DNA of 64,000 nucleotides, taken from positions 7,111-71,110 of IMG/VR virus record IMGVR_UViG_3300042691_020142; one strand, written 5' to 3'. The notes beneath the pieces were generated by a model. The model worked only from the letters and a program-made list of their open reading frames with translations, ran no database searches and was not told the DNA's origin. Each line of letters begins with the position of its first letter. The first letter of the stretch is position 1. Made by a program: the position numbers and the translations under genes. The DNA is from a virus. Shown here piece by piece: positions 56,278 to 64,000 of the stretch.

Positions 56278-56799
56278 ATGTCAAAGTTTAACAAGTTCAA
56301 CACTCTTTTAGAAACAGCATTTGCACACTATTCTAATGGTGGATTCAGAGAAGGATCTCCGATTAGAATTAAAAAAGCATTCTTAAATTCTCCCTACTGT
56401 AAACAACATTATGGTAGAGATACTGAATTTTTCAATTTTTTAAGCGATTTAATCACTTCTGATTATTTTTTCTTTATTAAAAGAGTAGCATCTAGTGGTT
56501 CAGAACAAAACGTTAAAGACGCTAACGCTAATGAAGGTACTGGTGATGTTTATTTAGTCTTAAGAATGGACCCAAGATCTGTAAGAGTACCAACAGAACT
56601 TGCTGAATTTACAGTTCCGGGCAATCATGAATACGTTGAAGTATTAAATTTTGGTGCTAACTTACCTCCGGTTCAAGGTATTCCAAATAAATACGAAAAA
56701 ATACCTGTTTACAAAAAACCAGAAGAAGTAAAAGTAGATACATCTTTAGGAAATCAACCAAAAGATAATAGTTTACCAAAAACAAATACTAAAATTTAA
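56278..56799 (+). CDS. Hypothetical protein (likely start ATG 56278)
   Basis: GTAAATA at 56260-56266 lies inside the TTG-extended ORF, favouring the later ATG. Confidence 0.7.
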   Translation: MSKFNKFNTLLETAFAHYSNGGFREGSPIRIKKAFLNSPYCKQHYGRDTEFFNFLSDLITSDYFFFIKRVASSGSEQNVKDANANEGTGDVYLVLRMDPRSVRVPTELAEFTVPGNHEYVEVLNFGANLPPVQGIPNKYEKIPVYKKPEEVKVDTSLGNQPKDNSLPKTNTKI

Positions 56800-57731
56800 G
56801 ATTTTAGAATTTTTTCTAAGGAAATAATACAACAAAAAAAGTTTATTTCTTTATCTAAAACTGATACATCTCTATACATGTATTCACCTATATCCATTAA
56901 GATATTCTTTTTAGTCATATCGTTTTGATTTTGATCATTATAGAATAAATCAAACAGTTGAGATAAAAGTAATTGATAATCAGCATTAAATCTTTTTTCT
57001 TCTTCTATTATTTTTTTCCTTATTATAAGTGAATTAGTTTTAGATATTAATAAATCAAATATTTGTTTAGTAAAATCTTTTAATTCATTATTTTCAGATA
57101 TTAAAAGATTTCCAGATATAGAAAACTTTTGAATGTCGTTTATAATTCTTCTCAAATCTGGATAACAATACTCTATATGTCTTAATAATTTAGGTTTTTG
57201 ATCTTCTGATACTGTTATATTTTCACTTTTCAGAATATGAACACATCTTTTTATAATATCATTTGTATTTGGTTGTAAATTAAACAAACAACATCTGGAT
57301 TGTATAGGCTCTACTATCCTATCTATTGAATTTGCAGTTAAAACGAAACGCACATTACTAGAATACTCTTCCATTACGTTTCTTAATATCCTCTGCGCTT
57401 CTGGAGTTGTACCGCAAAACTCGTCTAATATAATAACTTTCTTCTTGCCGTCTAAAGATTTCGTTTGGGCGAACGTTACAACCTTATTTCTTATTGTGTC
57501 TACTCCATTTTCATCCGATGCATTTATATATAAGTACTGGCATTTTAGTATGTCATTAACAATAATTTTAGCTAATGATGTTTTTCCAGTTCCGGGTCTA
57601 CCATAAAACAATAGATGCGGTGTAGTATCCGAAATATTAGAGAAAAAAGTCTTACTGTCTTCCGATAAGAGAAGATCATCAAGCTTTTTAGGTCTATATT
57701 TCTCAACCCAAAGAGAATTATACTTGTTCAT
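56796..57731 (-). CDS. gp44: Sliding-clamp loader AAA+ subunit (gp44/RFC-small-like)
   Basis: WVEKYRP, GRPGTGKT, INASDE, ILDE, SRC, PDLRR. Confidence 0.92.
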   Translation of the reverse strand: MNKYNSLWVEKYRPKKLDDLLLSEDSKTFFSNISDTTPHLLFYGRPGTGKTSLAKIIVNDILKCQYLYINASDENGVDTIRNKVVTFAQTKSLDGKKKVIILDEFCGTTPEAQRILRNVMEEYSSNVRFVLTANSIDRIVEPIQSRCCLFNLQPNTNDIIKRCVHILKSENITVSEDQKPKLLRHIEYCYPDLRRIINDIQKFSISGNLLISENNELKDFTKQIFDLLISKTNSLIIRKKIIEEEKRFNADYQLLLSQLFDLFYNDQNQNDMTKKNILMDIGEYMYRDVSVLDKEINFFCCIISLEKILKS

Positions 57732-57742
57732 ACCTTATATAA

Positions 57743-57770
57743 AGGATAAGGCATGACGAATTAAAGTCAA
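57743..57770 (-). promoter_or_regulatory. Putative sigma70-type early promoter of the clamp loader
   Basis: TTGACT-16 nt-TATCCT, 11 nt before ATG 57731. Confidence 0.45.
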
Positions 57771-57773
57771 GGA

Positions 57774-57947
57774 TTAACCTATTAAAAGTTCAGAACCATC
57801 AAAATCTCTATTTATTACTTCTTTTAATTGTTCTTCTTTAGTTTTTGTTTTTATCCCATCATTATCAACCAACCAACCTTCAAGTTCATTAATTTTTTCG
57901 TTTGGGATGAAAAAAGAACCAATGTTTTCGATATTTACTTGTGTCAT
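57774..57947 (-). CDS. 57-aa hypothetical protein (absent from ORF track)
   Basis: MTQVNIENIGSFFIPNEKINELEGWLVDNDGIKTKTKEEQLKEVINRDFDGSELLIG; CTAAGTA 6 nt upstream. Confidence 0.7.
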   Translation of the reverse strand: MTQVNIENIGSFFIPNEKINELEGWLVDNDGIKTKTKEEQLKEVINRDFDGSELLIG

Positions 57948-57975
57948 ATGATATACTTAGTAAATATATTTATAT

Positions 57976-58473
57976 ATGTCAAACGATAATTCAGAAATAG
58001 ACGATATCATAGATCAATTAAAAGGCGATTCTATTGCACCACAGTCTATTAGTAATCAACATAAAGATAATATTCAACCCGATACGACAAAATTAACGGA
58101 TGAAAACGTAAATGAATATGTATATAAAAAATCTGGAGAATTAGTAGAATCCACATTAGGTGCTATACAATCATTTAGAGATAATATACTAGCTGGAAGC
58201 GATCCAAAAGAAATAGCAGCTTTATCACAGCTTATAAACTCAGCTTCAAAAGCTTTAGACCAGTTAAATAAGATTAATTTACAAAATAAACAAACTAAAT
58301 CTAATTTAGAGATTAAAAAACTTGAACTTGAATCAAATTCTCATCTGTCTAAACTGGTGCCACAAACTAATAATATAGTTATAGCTACAAGAGATGAAAT
58401 AATGCAAAAAATGTTTGAAAAACCAGCTAGTAAAAAAGAGAAAATCCAAATAATGGATTCTCAAATTTTATAA
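57976..58473 (+). CDS. Probable terminase small subunit (gp16-like)
   Basis: Helical DPKEIAALSQLI...L..L and TNNIVIATRDEI resemble the gp16 HPR.YEV..QL and TNN..F.GST.EL blocks. Confidence 0.55.
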   Translation: MSNDNSEIDDIIDQLKGDSIAPQSISNQHKDNIQPDTTKLTDENVNEYVYKKSGELVESTLGAIQSFRDNILAGSDPKEIAALSQLINSASKALDQLNKINLQNKQTKSNLEIKKLELESNSHLSKLVPQTNNIVIATRDEIMQKMFEKPASKKEKIQIMDSQIL

Positions 58474-58490
58474 TTTTTTTATAAAAGTAT

Positions 58491-58526
58491 AAAAAAAACC
58501 CATCTTCTTTCGAAGATGGGTTTTTT
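58491..58526. terminator. Bidirectional rho-independent terminator
   Basis: A8-CCCATCTTC-TTTC-GAAGATGGG-T6 between convergent genes (GAAA loop on the capsid strand). Confidence 0.92.
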
Positions 58527-58546
58527 GTTAAGGTACTTCTACGCTA

Positions 58547-60016
58547 TCAGAGATAGAGTCTGCCATTGTCTTGAGCGACATTGGCGGTTCCAAGACCTTT
58601 GACTAGGATTACATGGTAGTATAAGTTTGCGCCAAAGATATGATCGACAACTCCATAACGGGTCATAAGACCAACTCTTGGTGAGAAGTCATTAGGACCA
58701 ATTGTGCGTTGAATCATAACTGGGATGTATGGGCAATATACAATACCTGTATCATAGTACTCAGTGCCTTTGTAACCGAGCAATGCGTACTCCAGAGCGG
58801 ATGAGCGTCTGCCATCAAGATACTGTGAATCGGTACGAGTGTCGCGGTAAACAGTGAAACGTCCACCTAAGTTACCAACTTTGGCAATGCCTGTTGGTTG
58901 GGTGTTAACGTTACCGTTTACTGGCATCCACTGAAACTCGGGCAACATTTCAAGGATTGCGCAAACGCGTGGTGTAGCGATAATAAAATTAGCACTACCA
59001 CGGCGGTTACGAATTGCGATGCGGTTAGCTTCGACAATAACCTTGGAATAGAAGTCACGGTTTCTTTCACCAAGCCAACGGGCGTCGGCTGATGCAGCGT
59101 ACCAGAAGGAGTATCCTGTACCACTACCTGCTGTTAAGCAAACTTGGACCATTCTCATGACCATTTCACGGTCGATTTCGGCTTGAAGCTCATATGACAT
59201 AGCATTAGTGAGTTCGTTGTCGATATCGAGTCCGTTCATGTTCTTAAGATCTTGTTCTAATTCAACGGACCAGCGAGCGGCGAGGCGGCGTGTGCCAGCT
59301 TCGACGGCTGTTTTGCTGAATTCAACAACAACCTGTGGAATGTTTCCGGTCAATTCAAAGTTGTTGAGGAGTGCGGCAACGCCTTTATCCTCATCAAGCA
59401 TCTGGAATTCTGAGCCTGCTCCACCGAGTCCGGAGAGAGCGGCAGCAGAAGTGCCAGTGAATCGTGTATCCAAGTATTGATAGCCTAATTCTTTACCGAC
59501 ACCACCACTTTCGGCATAACTTCTGTCAACGCCATCGCGTCCTACAGTTGTTAAACCAGAGGCGTGTCCGTCGATGCCATTAGCACCGAGGCTATCTGCT
59601 TCATAGCGGTAACGTAAAGCAAAAGCGAGTCCGACTGGTCCTGACATGGGCTGAACGCCTACGATCTCGTTAGTGATAAGCTCAGGGAAAGTACGGCGAA
59701 CCATTGGGATAAGAATCTTAGGTAAGCGTGAGTCTCCTGTAGCATATCTATCACCTGATGTGATTGAACCGGGTGGGTTATAAAGACCACCAGAGTTGTT
59801 ACCAAATACGCCACTTGTGCCGGAAGAGTTTTGAGCCTCTTCAATGCACCAACGTTCTTGGTTTTCCATCAGAATAGCTGTTGTTAAACGAGCATGTTCG
59901 TCTTCGATTGCTGTAACCTTATCGGATGAGTAATCGAGGACTGGTGCCCACTTCTCAACGAGCATTTGTGCGCGAGAGCGGTCGATGTAGCCTGTTGCGG
60001 GATTTACGGTTTTCAT
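58547..60016 (-). CDS. gp23: Major capsid protein, T4 gp23-like
   Basis: EKWAPVL, ENQE, VRR.FP.LI, GVQPMSGPVGL.FALR, ELEQDLK, YCPYIP, TRYG. Confidence 0.98.
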   Translation of the reverse strand: MKTVNPATGYIDRSRAQMLVEKWAPVLDYSSDKVTAIEDEHARLTTAILMENQERWCIEEAQNSSGTSGVFGNNSGGLYNPPGSITSGDRYATGDSRLPKILIPMVRRTFPELITNEIVGVQPMSGPVGLAFALRYRYEADSLGANGIDGHASGLTTVGRDGVDRSYAESGGVGKELGYQYLDTRFTGTSAAALSGLGGAGSEFQMLDEDKGVAALLNNFELTGNIPQVVVEFSKTAVEAGTRRLAARWSVELEQDLKNMNGLDIDNELTNAMSYELQAEIDREMVMRMVQVCLTAGSGTGYSFWYAASADARWLGERNRDFYSKVIVEANRIAIRNRRGSANFIIATPRVCAILEMLPEFQWMPVNGNVNTQPTGIAKVGNLGGRFTVYRDTRTDSQYLDGRRSSALEYALLGYKGTEYYDTGIVYCPYIPVMIQRTIGPNDFSPRVGLMTRYGVVDHIFGANLYYHVILVKGLGTANVAQDNGRLYL

Positions 60017-60030
60017 ATTTTTGTTTATTT

Positions 60031-60037
60031 TCCTCCT
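60031..60037 (-). promoter_or_regulatory. Shine-Dalgarno-like AGGAGGA before the capsid gene
   Basis: 14 nt upstream of ATG 60016 (long spacing, A-rich spacer). Confidence 0.5.
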
Positions 60038-60061
60038 ATGGATAGATACGAATTAAAAAAT

Positions 60062-60979
60062 TCAAGAATTTACTTTTTTAGCAAACCCTTCTGATTTTTT
60101 TAATTCACTCAGATATCCGCCGACAACGGATTCGTTGGCGGTGCTGGTGTTTGATTCGGAAATAACATTTGTAGCTGGAACCTTGGCATTAAGACTTAAA
60201 GCCTTTTGCTTCGCTTCTTCAGCTAAATTGTTGGTTTTCTCATCTTCACCAGATTCGAACATCTCAACTACGTAGTTAAAATTTTCATTGATATAGGTTT
60301 TTGATTTATCACCTAATAATTTAACGATGAAATCTTTTTTAGTTTTAGAGAAATTTTTTGTTTTCTCTTCTAAAATCATTGATGCTTCTATTGTTTGAAC
60401 TTTTTCTAGAAGCTGTTGTTGCTCATTAAGAGACTTTCTTAATTTTTGATTTAAATCATCAATTGTTTTCTTACCTTCAGTAAGAGTGTTTTGAATTTCT
60501 TCATTGATGTAAGAAGAATCAATTCCAACCATTTTTCTAATCTCTTGTAATTTCTTTTTAGCAGTTACGTTTTCAACTGCTTCTTGCAATTGTTCTGTTG
60601 GAATTAATTTTTCAACGTATAAATCTAAATAGCTGCTAATGTCAGTTAAAATTTTATTGCTGAATGCTTCTGCTTTTTCATTTAAAGCGTTTTTATAAAA
60701 AGAAGAAATAGATTCTAACTTAGCGGTGTGATTTTCATTAATAGCAGAAACCACTGTTTGTAATTTTTCGCTGTGGTCAGCATCAATGGCTTCTAAAAGC
60801 TTTGTGAGTTTTTGAGCATGATCTTCATCTTGTTTAGATAATGCACCTTCAAGTTGCAAAGCGAGTCTTGATTCTACTTTTTCGTTTACTGCGGTTTCAA
60901 ACGCTTCTGCTATTTCCTTAGCGGTTTCTTCGTTAATAACAGATTTGTCCATTTTTTCTAGTAATGCTTTTAGATCCAT
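60062..60979 (-). CDS. gp22: Prohead core scaffold protein, gp22-like
   Basis: Acidic coiled coil, FETAVNEKV, YLDLYVE; position between protease and capsid. Confidence 0.85.
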   Translation of the reverse strand: MDLKALLEKMDKSVINEETAKEIAEAFETAVNEKVESRLALQLEGALSKQDEDHAQKLTKLLEAIDADHSEKLQTVVSAINENHTAKLESISSFYKNALNEKAEAFSNKILTDISSYLDLYVEKLIPTEQLQEAVENVTAKKKLQEIRKMVGIDSSYINEEIQNTLTEGKKTIDDLNQKLRKSLNEQQQLLEKVQTIEASMILEEKTKNFSKTKKDFIVKLLGDKSKTYINENFNYVVEMFESGEDEKTNNLAEEAKQKALSLNAKVPATNVISESNTSTANESVVGGYLSELKKSEGFAKKVNS

Positions 60980-60996
60980 ATTGTTTATATAATAAC

Positions 60997-61218
60997 TTAT
61001 CCTTTCTTAGATACGTTTTTTAAATTTTTTTTATTTTTTTTAAAAGTTTTTTTTTCGCAATCATCACAATCACAATCGCACTTCTTTTTACTTACTGTTT
61101 TTTGTATTTTTTGCTTAACCTTTTCTGAAATTATTTCTGCAAGCTGCAAATTAGCTTGAGCATAATTTTTTTCAAAAATATTTGTTACGAATTTAGAAAT
61201 TAATTTTCTGGTTTCCAT
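60997..61218 (-). CDS. Small prohead core protein (gp67-like) with CDCDCDDC tail
   Basis: FV..I...NY..A...L..IISEK pattern and position in the head module. Confidence 0.55.
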   Translation of the reverse strand: METRKLISKFVTNIFEKNYAQANLQLAEIISEKVKQKIQKTVSKKKCDCDCDDCEKKTFKKNKKNLKNVSKKG

Positions 61219-61247
61219 ATTGAATACTTATCTCCTTATAATAACAA

Positions 61248-61919
61248 TTACAAACTCTTTAAAGAATTAATAAAAGAAATAATTTGTTCTTTTAAATATT
61301 GATCTTTATTTATTTTAGGTAAGTTAGAAATTTTTCTTTCAAAATTTTCATATACAGGTTCAAACTCACCATTATCCATTAAAACCCATTGTTTAGATTC
61401 CAAAATTCCATTAACAAATGCTGTAGGAACGGATGGATCAGCAACTACATCAACTGCAACTAAACGAAAATCAGAAACTCTATTGAAAGATCCATCTTTA
61501 TCAAGTTTACCTAAAGCTCTTGATGAAACTCCTAATTTAACACCATCCATAATTAATGATCTTACAACTTGTCCAACTGGTGTTGATAAAATTTTTGATT
61601 TGCCATTAAAAATATTTCCATCTTGAGTGAGTTCTGTTACCATATGACAAGCTCTTTCAAGATTTATTTCTGGTGATTGAGGATGGTTCAATTCTCCAGT
61701 AGCTCTATTTTGTCTTATCATTTCTCTATCATAACGAGAAACTTCTTTAACCATTTCTTCTAATGGATAAACTCTTTTATTTCTATTCGCTTCATTAGCC
61801 ATTAAAAACGGTCCTTTAATAAAAAGATTTGATGGCGAATTTCTATTTTGTTCTTCTATTAAATATTTTACTTCGTATGTTGGTTCTTCAACTAAGAGCT
61901 TATACACATTATTTGGCAT
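61248..61919 (-). CDS. gp21: Prohead protease, T4 gp21-like
   Basis: NRNKRVYP, GELNHP, GVSSRALG, DVVADPS.P.AFV. Confidence 0.95.
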   Translation of the reverse strand: MPNNVYKLLVEEPTYEVKYLIEEQNRNSPSNLFIKGPFLMANEANRNKRVYPLEEMVKEVSRYDREMIRQNRATGELNHPQSPEINLERACHMVTELTQDGNIFNGKSKILSTPVGQVVRSLIMDGVKLGVSSRALGKLDKDGSFNRVSDFRLVAVDVVADPSVPTAFVNGILESKQWVLMDNGEFEPVYENFERKISNLPKINKDQYLKEQIISFINSLKSL

Positions 61920-61985
61920 ATATATTTTACTTATTCATTATATATTCAATTTCATTAAATATTATGTTTTTGTAGATAAAAAAAA

Positions 61986-63473
61986 TTAAATATTATTTGG
62001 TATAATAGCATTAAAATTTGTAGATGTCACAATATTATTCGTATATATGATGTTGGCATACCCAAATAAATATTTTGAATAATCTGCCGCAGTCATGGTT
62101 CCTGTCCAAGTCGTAATGCCATTAAGGTCTGTTGATGATACTGTTGGAACTTGAATCCAAGTACGACTCACGTTAAAAGGTTCAACTTGACACGTCCAAA
62201 ATTGAACCGCTGAAACTGGAACTGAGGTTATATCTGGTTTTACATTAAATTGTGGTATTCCTCCAACTTTAGTAAACCAAGCAGTAGGTCTATTTGGCCA
62301 AGTAATAGCAGACCCAAGAACATACTTATTTAACCATAATTGTTCATTTACTACATTCAGTGATACGTTATGTCCTCTATTTGCATCATGTGAAAAATCC
62401 CAAGGAACACCTGATGGTATTTTAGAAAATGTATCATCAACTCTATCGTGTCCACCATGATGGTCATTAGACCCATTAATTAATAAAATCGGAACACATG
62501 CATATTTTGCTTCCATTTCTACAGTAGGAGCATTTAAATAAATTTTTTCACCAGATGTAAAAGCAGGATATGTAGTTGTTGGTGTTTGATATTTCCAAAG
62601 AAGTTTATCTCTATAATATGTTGTCCAACCATTTCCGAAATAACTAACAATAGCTTTCATTCGCGGCTCCATAACCATATTAAACGCCATAGTCCCTCCG
62701 TAACTATGCCCCCTCATTCCAATTTGATTAACATTAATTTCTGGTTGATTTACTAGATATTCAAATGCTCTACGCATAACACAAGCCCACAAATACTCGC
62801 TAGTCTGTCTTGGATCGGTAATTTGGCTTCCGTTCTGTAAAGTTGTGTTGATTTGATACCCTCCTTGAGATGTTAGATGTCTTCCGTAAGCTAAAGAGTT
62901 AGGATAGTTTGTAGCCGGTGAACCATCATCTTTTTGTCCTGCAAAATCAAATCCTAATGTTGCCCATCCAGCCGTGTTATATGCGGGGAATTCTTGTGGT
63001 CCTTGTTGCCAACCTGATGCTGTGAATAAGCATGGAAATCCACCTACAGGCGGGGTGCTTGTAGGAACACGATACACAATATAAATTTGAAATGTTTCAC
63101 CCGCAAATGTAATATCTATATAAATCTGCCTTCTGCGAACACCACCAGCAGTTGTATCGGATATTATTGTTGGATTGAATGGGCCGTTTCCTGCTTCGGT
63201 TGGATCGAATTTTGCAAAAGAGTATCCTTTCCTCCAAAGAGAAGCAGCATTTGCAATTAAATTTGTATTGTCAGTTTTAACCCATTCTCCATTTTTTTTG
63301 TAAGCATATGATCCAGTTATTGAAGTATTATTTGGAATGCTCATTCCATTACCATCTGGACAATAAACAAGTTCTCCGTTTGCTCCTGTTATTGGTAAAA
63401 AATCAGTATTATAATTATCAGGATTTGTTGATAATGGAGATATATTTGTAGTTCCAAATTTTATACCAAGCAT
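61986..63473 (-). CDS. Alpha/beta hydrolase (acetyl-esterase/dienelactone-hydrolase-like)
   Basis: RRAFEYL..QPEI....IG..GHSYGG nucleophile elbow; GSND; RGH. Confidence 0.85.
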   Translation of the reverse strand: MLGIKFGTTNISPLSTNPDNYNTDFLPITGANGELVYCPDGNGMSIPNNTSITGSYAYKKNGEWVKTDNTNLIANAASLWRKGYSFAKFDPTEAGNGPFNPTIISDTTAGGVRRRQIYIDITFAGETFQIYIVYRVPTSTPPVGGFPCLFTASGWQQGPQEFPAYNTAGWATLGFDFAGQKDDGSPATNYPNSLAYGRHLTSQGGYQINTTLQNGSQITDPRQTSEYLWACVMRRAFEYLVNQPEINVNQIGMRGHSYGGTMAFNMVMEPRMKAIVSYFGNGWTTYYRDKLLWKYQTPTTTYPAFTSGEKIYLNAPTVEMEAKYACVPILLINGSNDHHGGHDRVDDTFSKIPSGVPWDFSHDANRGHNVSLNVVNEQLWLNKYVLGSAITWPNRPTAWFTKVGGIPQFNVKPDITSVPVSAVQFWTCQVEPFNVSRTWIQVPTVSSTDLNGITTWTGTMTAADYSKYLFGYANIIYTNNIVTSTNFNAIIPNNI

Positions 63474-63475
63474 AT

Positions 63476-63658
63476 TTATTTAAAATGTTTTTCTGCATCT
63501 TCTTTAGTATCAAACCAAAACCATCCATCTACAGGATATGTGAATGAATCTTTTTGATCTTTTAACAATGTATAATTTTTATTATACACCGCATATGATG
63601 CATAAAGAATATCTCCACTTTCGTCTAATTTATAAAATCCAGATGTGTCTTCTTCCAT
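63476..63658 (-). CDS. Small hypothetical protein
   Basis: SGFYK...YPVDGWFWFD; closely packed between neighbours. Confidence 0.7.
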   Translation of the reverse strand: MEEDTSGFYKLDESGDILYASYAVYNKNYTLLKDQKDSFTYPVDGWFWFDTKEDAEKHFK

Positions 63659-63662
63659 AAAA

Positions 63663-64000
63663 TTAAATAGCTACTGTCCAATTTTTTGCAGTTGCAATGG
63701 TTATATTGTGTGTCGCTGTTCCGAAGTTTCCAGTAACAGTAATTGTCTTTCCGCTTGTTGGTTGAGCACTCAACCCATAGTATAAATTGTTCAATTCTGA
63801 ACCAGACAGAGATGCATTTAAGAAACTTATAGATGCATTTATTCCACTTAAACCTACACTTCTCAAATTATAACAATTTTGATACATGTTTGTACAATTT
63901 GTAGACGTTGATAAGTTAATAATTCCAGTGCTTGCAAGAGCATTGCAGTTATTAAACATCGCTTGAGTATTTGTGCAAACAGGAAGAGATAAAATCGTTA
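63663..64000 (-). CDS. C-terminal part of a BspA/DUF285-like leucine-rich-repeat protein (starts beyond window)
   Basis: Frame open to the window edge; MF.NC..L and MY.NC.NL repeats; ends IATAKNWTV. Confidence 0.7.
   Translation of the reverse strand, partial: TILSLPVCTNTQAMFNNCNALASTGIINLSTSTNCTNMYQNCYNLRSVGLSGINASISFLNASLSGSELNNLYYGLSAQPTSGKTITVTGNFGTATHNITIATAKNWTVAI

Overview
A 64-kb, very AT-rich segment of a large T4-like (myovirus) phage genome, standard genetic code, mostly coded on the minus strand. Right end: head module (gp21 protease, gp67-like, gp22 scaffold, gp23 major capsid, probable gp16 small terminase), a lone gp44-like clamp loader and baseplate genes (gp25, gp6, gp7-like). 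The other ~50 kb is a large fibre/appendage locus. It holds beta-propeller/LamG/VWA giants, several tail fibres, a >1031-aa Gly-X-Thr collagen missed by the ORF track, and two tandem gp38-like glycine-rich adhesins. Inside it lies a ~10-kb tightly packed cluster of glycosyltransferases, sugar-modifying enzymes and a radical SAM protein. Best candidate for an undescribed system (inference): fibre-tip proteins carry hypervariable cysteine 'knobs' (12 Cys in each adhesin, unrelated spacing), and the locus also encodes small CxxC / membrane CPEC / NxxCSC proteins that could be a phage thiol-oxidation or metal-loading relay, plus a virion glycosylation pathway. Other patterns: a recurring C-terminal acidic motif paired with a next-gene N-terminal 'KISEL' motif, near-leaderless late transcripts, and a GC-shifted capsid gene. 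All family assignments come from motif recognition by eye; no searches were run.
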